A DNA stretch of 41,447 nucleotides. Origin: a virus. Lineage: Duplodnaviria; Caudoviricetes. The DNA lies in the IMG/VR virus record IMGVR_UViG_3300028388_003367, positions 1 through 41,447 of that record. The stretch is one strand, 5' to 3'. Below, piece by piece: positions 17,498 through 26,341 of the stretch. The notes below the pieces were generated by a model that did no database searches, was not told the DNA's origin, and worked only from the letters and a program-made list of their open reading frames with translations. Position 1 is the stretch's first letter. The number at the start of each line of letters is the position of its first letter. Made by a program: the position numbers and the translations under genes.

Positions 17498-18401
17498 CAA
17501 CGGTGAGGGCGAAGGCGGTGGAGGCGGTAGCGCGCCGCCCGCTGACCCCGCGCCGGCACCGACTGCTACCAATGGTGACACTGGCAGCTTCGATCTGAGC
17601 ATGCTTGAGGGGCGCCGCCCGGCTGAGCTGCTGAGCAACCCGGAGCTCCGCAGCGCGCCGGCGCTGCAGGACTACAAGTCGCTCGAGGGTCTCGCCGAGT
17701 CCCACGTCAATCTGCAGAAGATGCTCGGGCAGAAAGATCGGCTGATTACGTTGCCGGGCACTGACGCGGGCCCGGAGGAGTGGGGCGAGGTGTTCGCCAA
17801 GCTCGGCCGGCCGGACAAACCGACGGGCTACCAGTTCCAGGAGCCGGAGGATCTGCCCGAAGGGACGCCGGAAGTCAGCGGCGATCTGGTCGATGGGTTC
17901 CGCGCCAAGGCGCACGAAGCCGGGCTGACCACGCAACAGGCGAACGAGCTCTACTCGTGGTTCCGGCAGACCGAGGCCGGCGCCGTCGCGCAGACGGCGG
18001 AGCAAAAGGCCGAGACGTTGCGCAATGCCGAGAACACGCTGCGGGCCGAGTGGGGCGCGGCATACGACGACAAGCTCGCAGCAGCGCGCGAGGTGGCAGC
18101 GTCCTACGGAGACGACTTCGTCAGCATGCTTGAGGAAACCGGCGTCGGGAACGATCCGCGCATGGCGAAGGTGCTGGCGGATCTTTGGGACTCCCGCCAA
18201 GAGGATCAGCCTCGCGGTGCCGGCGTGCCGTCGGGTGGGGCCATGACGCCGGACCAGGCCGAGGCGCAGATCCAGGCGCTGCTCGGAGACGAGGCGTTCA
18301 CCAAGGCGTTCTATGACCAGCATCACCCGAACCACGATGCGAGCGTCGAGAAGATGAAGCGCCTGTACGAGATGAAGTTCCCGGAGCCGCGTCGCGCGTA
18401 G
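17481..18401 (+). CDS. capsid scaffolding protein
   Basis: KLGRPDKPTGY, AGLTTQQA, LRAEWGAAYD, HPNHDASV; located between portal and capsid. Confidence 0.85.
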   Translation: MRLTIDNGEGEGGGGGSAPPADPAPAPTATNGDTGSFDLSMLEGRRPAELLSNPELRSAPALQDYKSLEGLAESHVNLQKMLGQKDRLITLPGTDAGPEEWGEVFAKLGRPDKPTGYQFQEPEDLPEGTPEVSGDLVDGFRAKAHEAGLTTQQANELYSWFRQTEAGAVAQTAEQKAETLRNAENTLRAEWGAAYDDKLAAAREVAASYGDDFVSMLEETGVGNDPRMAKVLADLWDSRQEDQPRGAGVPSGGAMTPDQAEAQIQALLGDEAFTKAFYDQHHPNHDASVEKMKRLYEMKFPEPRRA

Positions 18402-18404
18402 TAG

Positions 18405-18433
18405 TTGCGCAACTGATAGAACAGGTCTATCGT
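18405..18433 (+). promoter_or_regulatory. putative capsid promoter TTGCGC-17-TATCGT with GATAGA-N5-TCTATC palindrome
   Basis: Sequence; shares TGCG..TGATAGA-N7-TAnnnT with the tailspike upstream region. Confidence 0.55.
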
Positions 18434-18437
18434 CAGC

Positions 18438-18582
18438 GCCAGATTGATCGGGTAGCCCTATCTCTGGGTCCGATTGCTGGCGGGAAAGCCGCTCCGGTCG
18501 GCCCGGGTAGCCGAGACGGGGTCCGCACGACGGGTAGCCCTCAGTCGCCAGGTTTCAACACTGGACTGCTGAGGGCCACCCC
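18438..18582 (+). ncRNA. structured capsid 5' leader with 3x CGGGTAGCC and 2x GGTCCG
   Basis: Repeats at 18449, 18504, 18531; GGTCCG at 18467 and 18520; CCCTCAG/CTGAGGG stem covers the SD. Confidence 0.65.
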
Positions 18583-19476
18583 ATGTCCTTCGAGATCCCC
18601 ACCGCGTTCGTCCAGCAGTACGGCAGCACCGTCGAGCACCTCGTTCAGCAGAAGGGCTCTCGGCTGCGCAACGCCGTGTCTCTGGACACCAACGTCGTCG
18701 GCAAGACGAAGTACTACGACCAGATCGGCCTCGTCGCCGCCCGCAAGGTCAACAACCGGCACGGCGATTCGCCGCTGAACTCGACCCCGCACGAGCGGCG
18801 TCGCGTCACCCTGTTCGACTACGACACCGGCGACCTGATCGACGAGCCGGACAAGCTCCGCACGCTCATCGACCCGGCCGGCGAGTACACCATGGCACAC
18901 GCCATGGCGATGTCCCGCGCCATCGACGACGAGATCATCTCCGCATTCACCGGCACCGCCTACCAGGGCGAGGACGGCTCGACGTCCGTGACGTTCCCGA
19001 CGACGCAGCAGGTCGCGGTGAACTCGTGGGCCTACGGCACGGGCTCCGGCAACTCCGGTCTGACCATCTCCAAGCTCATCGAGGCTGCCAACATCCTCGG
19101 CGAGAACGAGACGGACCCGGACGAGCCGACCTACATCGCCTGTTCGCAGAAGCAGATCAGCGACCTCCTGCAGACGACCGAAGTCACGAGCGTCGAGTAC
19201 AACTCGGTCCGTGCGCTCACGGAGGGCCGGATCAACACGTTCATGGGCATGCAGTTCATCCGCACCGAACGCCTGCTCACGGACTCGAACTCGTACCGCC
19301 GCGTCATCGCCTGGAAGCCGTCGGGCATCAAGCTCGCAATGGCGAAGGACGTGACCGCGCGGATCGCGCCGCGCGCGGACAAGCGCTTCTCGACGTACGC
19401 CTACTTCTGCATGACGCTCGGGGCAACCCGCATGCAGGAGGAGAAGGTCGTCGAGATCAAGTGCTCCGAAGCCTGA
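18583..19476 (+). CDS. major capsid protein
   Basis: AFVQQYGSTVEHLVQQKGSRLR, DLIDEPDKLRTL, AMSRAIDDEII, GATRMQEEKVVEI; follows the scaffold. Confidence 0.93.
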   Translation: MSFEIPTAFVQQYGSTVEHLVQQKGSRLRNAVSLDTNVVGKTKYYDQIGLVAARKVNNRHGDSPLNSTPHERRRVTLFDYDTGDLIDEPDKLRTLIDPAGEYTMAHAMAMSRAIDDEIISAFTGTAYQGEDGSTSVTFPTTQQVAVNSWAYGTGSGNSGLTISKLIEAANILGENETDPDEPTYIACSQKQISDLLQTTEVTSVEYNSVRALTEGRINTFMGMQFIRTERLLTDSNSYRRVIAWKPSGIKLAMAKDVTARIAPRADKRFSTYAYFCMTLGATRMQEEKVVEIKCSEA

Positions 19477-19500
19477 TCGGCCGTCTGAGGAGACCTGACA

Positions 19501-19995
19501 ATGGCTGAATACACTGGTCCGAACACGACCTCGAACCTCGACGCTGCCGTCCAGTCGCTCATTGATGTGAGCAACGCCGGTGGTCGCGTCCGCACCTGGG
19601 TCGATGCTCGCTCCGCGGCGACGGCCTGGGCCGAAAACGACCTGCTGCTGCTGGCGCGGCTGCCGTCGAACGCCGTGATCCTCCCGACGTCTCAGATCAA
19701 CCACGAGGCGCTCGGCGCTACTGTCACCGCTGACATCGGCATCTACAACCAGACCGGCAAGTCGGACATCACGAACGATCCGAACGCGCTGTCGGACGGC
19801 AACGACGTCTCGAGCGCCGGCACGTTCCAGTTCTTCACCGGCATCGCCGTCGATCAGATCGGCAAGCCCCTGTGGGAGCTCGCTGGCCTGTCCACCGATC
19901 CCGGTGTCGAGTTCGACATCAAGCTGGTACTGGTCGACGCCAACCCGACGGACGACGCCGCCATCGGCTGGTGCATCCACTACACGGTCGACTGA
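19501..19995 (+). CDS. capsid decoration/cement-like virion protein
   Basis: Follows the capsid gene; LARLPSNAVI..DIG beta pattern; GAGGAG SD. Confidence 0.7.
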   Translation: MAEYTGPNTTSNLDAAVQSLIDVSNAGGRVRTWVDARSAATAWAENDLLLLARLPSNAVILPTSQINHEALGATVTADIGIYNQTGKSDITNDPNALSDGNDVSSAGTFQFFTGIAVDQIGKPLWELAGLSTDPGVEFDIKLVLVDANPTDDAAIGWCIHYTVD

Positions 19996-20002
19996 CCACC
20001 GA

Positions 20003-20061
20003 GCCAGCCCCGGAGGGCGGGACTGTTCCCGCCCGTCCGGTCTCGTCCTTCGGGGCCTGGC
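20003..20061 (+). terminator. GC-rich branched stem-loop after the head genes (attenuator or processing site)
   Basis: GGGCGGGA-ctgt-TCCCGCCC inside the outer stem CCAG.CCCCGGAGG/CCTTCGGGG.CTGG; no U-tract. Confidence 0.4.
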
Positions 20062-20077
20062 ACCGCTGGAGTGAGTC

Positions 20078-20662
20078 ATGGCCGCAGGCGCCCCGGATAC
20101 CGATGTCGCGAACAAGGCCCTCATCGAGATGGGGGAGATCGGACAGCTCACCGCGCTGACCGATGACGACGAGCGTGCGCGCACGCTGCTGGCTGCCTTT
20201 GACATCTCTCGCCGTGCGGTGCTGCGAGCGCACTACTGGAACTTCGCGCTGAAGCGGGCGTCCATCGCCCGCGACAGCACGAGTCCAGCCTATGACTTCT
20301 CCAATCGCTATCGCCTGCCCTCGGATTACATCGTGCTGGTCGAGATGTACCCGCGCGAGTACACCTGGCGCCGCGAGGGCGACTACCTGCTGTCCGACTA
20401 CGGCCCTCCGCTGCAGTTCGTGTACGTCTCCGACGAGACGAACATCGGGGTGTGGGATGCGCTGGCGACGGACGTGCTGGCGACCCGCCTCGCCATGGAC
20501 ACCTGCTACGCCATCACCGGCAACCGTGAGCTGCGCCGCGAGCTGATGCAGGCGTACAGCATGAAGCTCTCCGAGGCCCGGCACATGGACGCCATGGAGG
20601 GGTCGAGCGCCGAGGAGTACGACGTTGACGTGTGGGCGCACGCCCGAGGGAGCTGGGCATGA
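20078..20662 (+). CDS. tail tubular protein A/adaptor (T7 gp11-like)
   Basis: DVANKALIEMG, LRAHYWNFA, YRLPSDY, LATRLA. Confidence 0.85.
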   Translation: MAAGAPDTDVANKALIEMGEIGQLTALTDDDERARTLLAAFDISRRAVLRAHYWNFALKRASIARDSTSPAYDFSNRYRLPSDYIVLVEMYPREYTWRREGDYLLSDYGPPLQFVYVSDETNIGVWDALATDVLATRLAMDTCYAITGNRELRRELMQAYSMKLSEARHMDAMEGSSAEEYDVDVWAHARGSWA

Positions 20663-21417
20663 GCACAGGCATCTCGCTGAGCGTTTCCCCGAAGGTCTCG
20701 ATCATGGGCCGGCCGAGCAATCCGTTCGAGGCCGAGGGCGTGGTCTACGACGGCACGAACGACTACGCGACGCTCAGTCCGGGGCTATCCGGCGCGACGA
20801 ACACCAAAGAGCTGACGATCAGCGCGTGGGTGAGGTTCAATGGTGGGGATGGGGCGACTCAAGATATTTTTCGGTTGGGAATAGATGACGTGCGCGTCGC
20901 TCGCTCCTCGACAAATAAACTCTATTTTAGAATTAATGACTCTCTAGACGCGGCTATTCAAATAGCAATATCGAACGGCACGGTCACTGCCGATGGGGAA
21001 TGGCACCATATTTTATTTGCTGTTAATACAGCGTCGCCGGTTTACTACCTATACATAAACCGCTCATTGGACAAAACGGGTGTAACGCCTACGTTAGACG
21101 CTCTGATCGACTGGGCGTCGGTCGACGATGATGGAATCATCGGTGCTAGCCCGGCGGCAGCGTTCAAGCTCAACGCCAGCCTGTCCGAGCTGTACGTCCA
21201 CAACGAGTTCATCGACCCGACCGTCGAGGCGAACCTGCGGAAGTTCATCAGCGCAGACGGGAAGCCTGTGTCCCTCGGCTCCAACGGCTCCAGCCCCACG
21301 GGCACACAGCCGCTCGTGTACGCGCCTGACGGAGACCCGAGCAACAACCTCGGCACGGCTGGCGACTACACGATCACGGGCTCGCTCGCACCAGCCCCCG
21401 ACAGCCCGAGCGACTGA
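20659..21417 (+). CDS. LamG/concanavalin-like lectin domain virion protein (probable head fiber)
   Basis: YDGTNDY, LTISAWV, DGEWHHI, LYIN motifs; N-terminal GISLSV segment. Confidence 0.8.
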   Translation: MSTGISLSVSPKVSIMGRPSNPFEAEGVVYDGTNDYATLSPGLSGATNTKELTISAWVRFNGGDGATQDIFRLGIDDVRVARSSTNKLYFRINDSLDAAIQIAISNGTVTADGEWHHILFAVNTASPVYYLYINRSLDKTGVTPTLDALIDWASVDDDGIIGASPAAAFKLNASLSELYVHNEFIDPTVEANLRKFISADGKPVSLGSNGSSPTGTQPLVYAPDGDPSNNLGTAGDYTITGSLAPAPDSPSD

Positions 21418-21419
21418 CG

Positions 21420-21755
21420 ATGCGTACACGCAAGTGGTTTCATAATCCGATCTACGTCCGCGTAGACCTGACCCAGCCCGGCGTCGCTGAGCTGCGCGAT
21501 GCCATCCGCGACAAGGCGCGAGAGCAGATCCCGGAGAACCGGCCGAGCATCAACATCAATCGGAGTCGCACGGTCGCATGGGTGAAGCTGGACGAGTGGT
21601 CCGGCCTGCCGCGCATCCCGGCAATCACTCACGTTCTGCGCGACAACCGAGGCGCGCTGCGGGAGATTCAGGAAGCGGCGGACGGCTGGTATCCTGATCC
21701 GCCTCCGCCCAGGCCGAAGCCTGAGCCGCCGCCAGTCATCGAGGAATCGCCATGA
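21420..21755 (+). CDS. hypothetical protein, Pro-rich C-terminus
   Basis: Fills the gap in the operon; coupled to the next gene. Confidence 0.6.
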   Translation: MRTRKWFHNPIYVRVDLTQPGVAELRDAIRDKAREQIPENRPSININRSRTVAWVKLDEWSGLPRIPAITHVLRDNRGALREIQEAADGWYPDPPPPRPKPEPPPVIEESP

Positions 21756-22018
21756 GCGACCCGTTCCAGAACCACAACAGCGAGCTGGACAGTCCCGCGC
21801 ACGACTACTACGCCGTGACGCCGTCCGACGCGACCGACGAGACCGTGTTCTTCCGCGCTCTGTACATCGGCAGCGCCGGGAATGTGGCAGCCGTGCCCAT
21901 CGACGACGGGACCGCAGTGACGTTTGTCGGCGTGCCGGCGGGCACCGTGCTTCCGATCCGCGGGCGCCGGGTGAACTCCACCAACACGACGGCATCGAAC
22001 ATCGTCGGACTGGTGTGA
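21752..22018 (+). CDS. head-spike base protein (RcGTA Rcc01079-like)
   Basis: SPAHDYYAVTPSD..RALYIGSAGNV..VTFVGVPAGTVLPIRGRRV..TTASNIVGL. Confidence 0.85.
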   Translation: MSDPFQNHNSELDSPAHDYYAVTPSDATDETVFFRALYIGSAGNVAAVPIDDGTAVTFVGVPAGTVLPIRGRRVNSTNTTASNIVGLV

Positions 22019-22024
22019 CGCCGG

Positions 22025-24244
22025 GTGTCCTACCTGTCGCTGTATCAGACCGCTTTCACGGCGGGCGAGTGGAGCCCGAAGCTCCGGCGCCGCAGCGACC
22101 TGCAGAAGTATCCCTACGCCTGCGACACCCTCGAAAACATGATCGTGTTCCGGCAGGGCGGCGTCGTGGGCCGTGCCGGGACCGAGTTCATCGCGGAGAC
22201 GAAAGACTCGAGCAGCGCCTCGCGGCTTGTGCCCATGGTCGTGAGCTCGACGACGGCGTACATCCTTGAAATCGGTGACAGCTACATCCGGTTTTTCAAG
22301 GACCGTGCCGCGGTGCTGGACGGCGGCACCCCGTACGAAGTCAGCACGCCCTGGTCGGCAGCCGAGATCGACAACCTGAAGTTCGCGCAGTCCGCGGACG
22401 TCATGTACATCACCCACCCCGACTACCTGCCGAGGAAGCTCGCCCGGACGTCCGACACGTCCTGGACGCTGAGCACCGTGTCGCAGGCCACCGGGCCGTT
22501 CCTTGACGAGAACACGACCGACACGACGATCACGGCGTCGGCGCTCACCGGGAACGGCATCACGCTGACCGCGTCGAGCTCCATTTTCACGGCGGACGAC
22601 GTCGGCACGACCTGGATGCTGCGCTCCGAGGACCTGAGCGACTTGTCGAAGTGGGAGGGCAACGTCGCGTTCGCGCTGAATGACCGGGCGATCAGCCGCG
22701 GGAAAATCTACGAGGCGACCGAACTTTCGCCCAACGGCAAGACCGGCGTGACCGCGCCGGATCACGTTGAGGGTGCCGAGTGGGATGGCCGCGACGTCCT
22801 CGGCATCAAGTGGACCTACCGCAGCTCGCAGTACGCCTTCGTCACGATCACCGCGTTTTCGTCGGGCACCAGTGTCACGGCGAACGTGGTCTCGGACAGC
22901 GACATACCGGACGGCGTCGACACCAGCGGCACGACGAAATGGAGCAAGCCCGCCTGGTCGGTGGCCGAGGGCTACCCGACGTCGGTGACGTTCTGGCAGC
23001 AGCGCTTGATCTTCTCGAAGCTGCAGACCGTGTACATGAGTCAGACCGGCGACTTCGAGAACTTTTCGCCGTTCAACCTCGATGGCGAGATCGACTTCAC
23101 GACCGGCATCACGATCACGCTCGACGACGATCAGGTCGACCCGATCAAATGGATCACGCAATTCGGGCAGCGCCTGCTCGCCGCCACGCGCGAAAGCATG
23201 CAGCTCATCGGTCGCGAGAATCTGGCCGAACCGCTCGGGGCCGACAACATCGAGGCGTTTCAGGGGACGCAGCACGGCACGCGCGACTTTGTGCAGCCGA
23301 TCCGCATCGGCGACGCGGCGCTGGTGCTCGATCGCAGTGGCACCCGGCTCAGGGAGGTCCGCGAGATCCGCGCCGACCGGCTCGAGGCGCCCGACCGCAG
23401 CGTGTTCGCCGACCATCTCCTCGGCCCCGTGGCGTTCGAGGCCGCGTACGCCGAGTTCCCGCACAGCCTGTACTGGATGGCGATCACGGGCGGCACGCTC
23501 GCCTGCATGACGTACGAGCCCGGCGAGGAGGTCTATGCGTGGCATCGGCACACGATCACGGACGCGACCGTCGAGTCCATCGCCGTCGCGCCGGAGCCCA
23601 CCACTCAGGCGTCGGACGACCTGTACCTGATATGCGCGCGGACCATCGGCGGTGCGACCTACCGCAGCGTCGAGGTCATGCGCCGCCCGTACGACGAGGA
23701 TCTGGGTGATGACTTCAAGTCATGGCCTGCGCTCGATGCGTGCGTGATCTACGACAGCACGGCCACGACGACGATCACCGGGCTCGACCACCTCGAGGGC
23801 GAAACGGTCTCGGTGCTGGCGGACGGATTCGTGGTCGACGACGCCACGGTCAGCTCGGGCCAGATCACGCTGGCGAACGAGGCGAGCACGGTCCAGGTCG
23901 GACTGCCCTTCACGAAGCGCGTGGTGCCGCTCTCGCCGGACCCGGGCTCGCAGGTGGGTGCCAGCCAGGCTCACCGCCAGCGCGCTCACAGAGCCCGCGT
24001 GCTGCTGCTGAGCACGGTGTACGCCGAGGTGGGCGCCAAGGGGGGCAGCACGTTCGACCCGCTGCGGATCCGCACGCCGAACGACAACATCGGCGAGCAG
24101 GTGCCGCCGTTCACGGGCGTCCTCGAGATCACACCGCCCGGCGCGAACTATGACACCGAGACGCTGATCGAGATCAGGAGTACCCTGCCACTACCGATTG
24201 CAGTTCGAGGCATCGTCTTCGATATGCAGGTGGATACACGATGA
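22025..24244 (+). CDS. tail tubular protein B/nozzle (T7 gp12-like)
   Basis: FTAGEWSP, QGGVVGRAGT, AQSADVMY, GYPTSVTFWQQRL, TGLDHLEGETV. Confidence 0.9.
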   Translation: MSYLSLYQTAFTAGEWSPKLRRRSDLQKYPYACDTLENMIVFRQGGVVGRAGTEFIAETKDSSSASRLVPMVVSSTTAYILEIGDSYIRFFKDRAAVLDGGTPYEVSTPWSAAEIDNLKFAQSADVMYITHPDYLPRKLARTSDTSWTLSTVSQATGPFLDENTTDTTITASALTGNGITLTASSSIFTADDVGTTWMLRSEDLSDLSKWEGNVAFALNDRAISRGKIYEATELSPNGKTGVTAPDHVEGAEWDGRDVLGIKWTYRSSQYAFVTITAFSSGTSVTANVVSDSDIPDGVDTSGTTKWSKPAWSVAEGYPTSVTFWQQRLIFSKLQTVYMSQTGDFENFSPFNLDGEIDFTTGITITLDDDQVDPIKWITQFGQRLLAATRESMQLIGRENLAEPLGADNIEAFQGTQHGTRDFVQPIRIGDAALVLDRSGTRLREVREIRADRLEAPDRSVFADHLLGPVAFEAAYAEFPHSLYWMAITGGTLACMTYEPGEEVYAWHRHTITDATVESIAVAPEPTTQASDDLYLICARTIGGATYRSVEVMRRPYDEDLGDDFKSWPALDACVIYDSTATTTITGLDHLEGETVSVLADGFVVDDATVSSGQITLANEASTVQVGLPFTKRVVPLSPDPGSQVGASQAHRQRAHRARVLLLSTVYAEVGAKGGSTFDPLRIRTPNDNIGEQVPPFTGVLEITPPGANYDTETLIEIRSTLPLPIAVRGIVFDMQVDTR

Positions 24245-24681
24245 GCTTCGCCGTGCCGGAAGCGCGGCAGTTCGCCAGCATCGACACGGAGCGTGCTGCA
24301 CGTCACGATTCGCTTGGTCGGGCGGAACTGTTCAATGCACTGGATCGTGTTGAGCGGGAAACAGAAGGCAGCCGCGCGAGTGCCGTGGAAGCGCTTGCCG
24401 CGTTCTGCTACAGGAGCTTCGGCGTGAGCGAAGACGATCCGACGTCAAGCGAAGCGTTCAAGCAGTTCGCGGCTGCATTGCGCCGGGAGCTCGACTACAA
24501 CAATCGCGACAACGAGCGCCACGATCTGCAGTGGCGGGAGTTTCGTGAGCAGGAGTACCCTCGGCTACTCGAGCGCATCGCGCGCATGGAGGAGCGGCTG
24601 GTGCTCCGCGTGGCTGGCGGGGCCGCTGGCACCTTCGGGGCGCTGGAGCTCGCCAGGTTCTTGCTGACCGGGGAAGTGTGA
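24241..24681 (+). CDS. hypothetical protein with C-terminal hydrophobic segment
   Basis: ATGA coupling; coiled coil followed by a TM-like tail. Confidence 0.6.
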   Translation: MSFAVPEARQFASIDTERAARHDSLGRAELFNALDRVERETEGSRASAVEALAAFCYRSFGVSEDDPTSSEAFKQFAAALRRELDYNNRDNERHDLQWREFREQEYPRLLERIARMEERLVLRVAGGAAGTFGALELARFLLTGEV

Positions 24682-24896
24682 TGCACGCCATACTGATGAA
24701 ACTGCTGCCGTCGATCATGGGCACGCTGCTTGAGCTGTTGCCTGAGTCGGTGGTGCAGGATGGTCTCGACGCGCTGTTCGACACCATCGAAGACCGTGTT
24801 GCCGCAACGGACACCGAGGTCGACGACCTGATCGTCCTGCCGGTGATTCGCCGGCTGCGCGCTGCGCTCAACGTACCTGATGGAGACGACGCATGA
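24678..24896 (+). CDS. small conserved-type phage protein
   Basis: Coupled; TDTEVDDLIV motif. Confidence 0.65.
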   Translation: MMHAILMKLLPSIMGTLLELLPESVVQDGLDALFDTIEDRVAATDTEVDDLIVLPVIRRLRAALNVPDGDDA

Positions 24897-25150
24897 GCAA
24901 GTCACACGACGAGTGGGAGGAGCGCGCGACGCTCTATCTGCTGGGCATGGTGGTCATTGCCCTGATCGCGGCGCTGTCTTCTGGCTGCTCGTATCTGATG
25001 AGCGCGGAGGAGCGGCTTTTCGACGAGGGCCGGGACTGGGCTGAGAAGGTCTGCAACATGACGCCGACCGACCGCGCTGCGCTGCGTGCGCGTCTCGACG
25101 ACGGCCTCGACCCGTACGTCCTGCGCCTGGAAGGCTGCCCCGAGGAGTAA
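24893..25150 (+). CDS. putative lipoprotein
   Basis: Hydrophobic stretch ending in lipobox-like LSSG-C. Confidence 0.6.
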   Translation: MSKSHDEWEERATLYLLGMVVIALIAALSSGCSYLMSAEERLFDEGRDWAEKVCNMTPTDRAALRARLDDGLDPYVLRLEGCPEE

Positions 25151-25156
25151 CCCGCG

Positions 25157-25387
25157 GTGTCCGAGTCCTACGACATCACGGCGAACCTGCCGGCGGGCCG
25201 GATCCTGACGACCGAGACCCTTGATGCGCTGCATCAGGCGTACGTCGACAACGGATCGGAGCCGCTGTCCGCCGCGCAGGTCGAATCGGTGCTTGGCGCT
25301 CCCCTGCCAACGCCCACCATCAAGCGCTCATTTCCCACCGGCGAACACCCGGCCGCGAACCGCAACCCCTTCTCCCGACGGCGCTGA
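25157..25387 (+). CDS. hypothetical protein
   Basis: GAGGAG SD, GTG start. Confidence 0.6.
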   Translation: MSESYDITANLPAGRILTTETLDALHQAYVDNGSEPLSAAQVESVLGAPLPTPTIKRSFPTGEHPAANRNPFSRRR

Positions 25388-25389
25388 CC

Positions 25390-25839
25390 ATGGACGTGCG
25401 CCCTGCGCGTCCGGCCGACTTCGTGTCCATCCGGCTCCGGCCTGAGCAGGAGCATTCCCGCTCGAGCTTGCTGACCTGCGCCAATCACCCGGACATCGTC
25501 GAGCACGCATGGTGCGGACACCGAGGCAACACGATCCTCGCGATTGCGGGGATTCAGCCCCGTTGGCCCGGACATGGAACCGCCTGGGCGTTCATTTCGA
25601 GCGACATTCGTGGACGCGAGTGGGTGTCCATCACCCGGGAAGTGCGCGATCATGCGGACAGAGCGCTTGCGACGGGGTATCGCCGCATCGAATCGTGGTG
25701 CTACGCGGAGCCGGTCGAGTGGGCCGAGGTCGCATCGCGCTGGCTCGAGCGCCTTGGGTTCGAGTACGAGGGCCGGGCACGCCAGTTCACGCCGGAGGGC
25801 GACGACATGCTGATCTACGCGAGGGTTCGTCATGGCTGA
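25390..25839 (+). CDS. GNAT-fold protein (analogous in position to T7 gp13)
   Basis: AIAGI..GTAW, RWLERLGFEYEG motif; precedes the ejection proteins. Confidence 0.75.
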   Translation: MDVRPARPADFVSIRLRPEQEHSRSSLLTCANHPDIVEHAWCGHRGNTILAIAGIQPRWPGHGTAWAFISSDIRGREWVSITREVRDHADRALATGYRRIESWCYAEPVEWAEVASRWLERLGFEYEGRARQFTPEGDDMLIYARVRHG

Positions 25840-26341
25840 TCCGGTCACGCTGGCGCTGATCGGCGCCGGGGTATCCGCGGCGACATCGGTCGTCGGCGGC
25901 TTCGCAGCCCGGGGTGCTGCGGAGTACAACGCGGACGTCGCGCAGAACAACGCTCAGCTCGCCCGTCAGCGCGCGGAGGCGCAGGCTGCCGAACGGTCTA
26001 GGCTGGCGCGTCTCGACGCCTCACGGCGCGTTGCGGGCGCCGCAGCCCGTGGTGTGCAGTTCTCCGGCACGATGCTCGACGTCGCCTCGCAGAATCTGGT
26101 CCAGGATGAGCTCGAGGCCCGGTACATCGTCCACGGTGGCGAGACCCAGGCCAGGGCGCTGCGAGCCAAAGCGCGGAACCAGAAGCTGCAGGGCAAAGTG
26201 GCGCTGGGCACGAGCTTCCTGCGAGCTGGCGGCACGCTGCTGACGGGTGGGGCGCAGGCGATGCAGATGAAATCTCCCGGCGGCATGACTGATCCGTTCC
26301 CAAGCATCTCGAGCGCTCAGTGGCGGACAGGGAGCTTCTGA
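25832..26341 (+). CDS. internal virion/ejection protein (gp14-like)
   Basis: MADPVTLALIGAGVSAATSVVGG..YNA..AARGV..G motif. Confidence 0.8.
   Translation: MADPVTLALIGAGVSAATSVVGGFAARGAAEYNADVAQNNAQLARQRAEAQAAERSRLARLDASRRVAGAAARGVQFSGTMLDVASQNLVQDELEARYIVHGGETQARALRAKARNQKLQGKVALGTSFLRAGGTLLTGGAQAMQMKSPGGMTDPFPSISSAQWRTGSF

Noticed and set aside
19440-19500. T7 gp10B-style capsid frameshift
   Set aside because: No slippery heptamer near the capsid stop; the next gene has its own SD
1989-21417. Diversity-generating retroelement (suggested by BPP-1-like structural genes)
   Set aside because: No reverse transcriptase motif and no TR/VR repeat pair differing at adenines were seen
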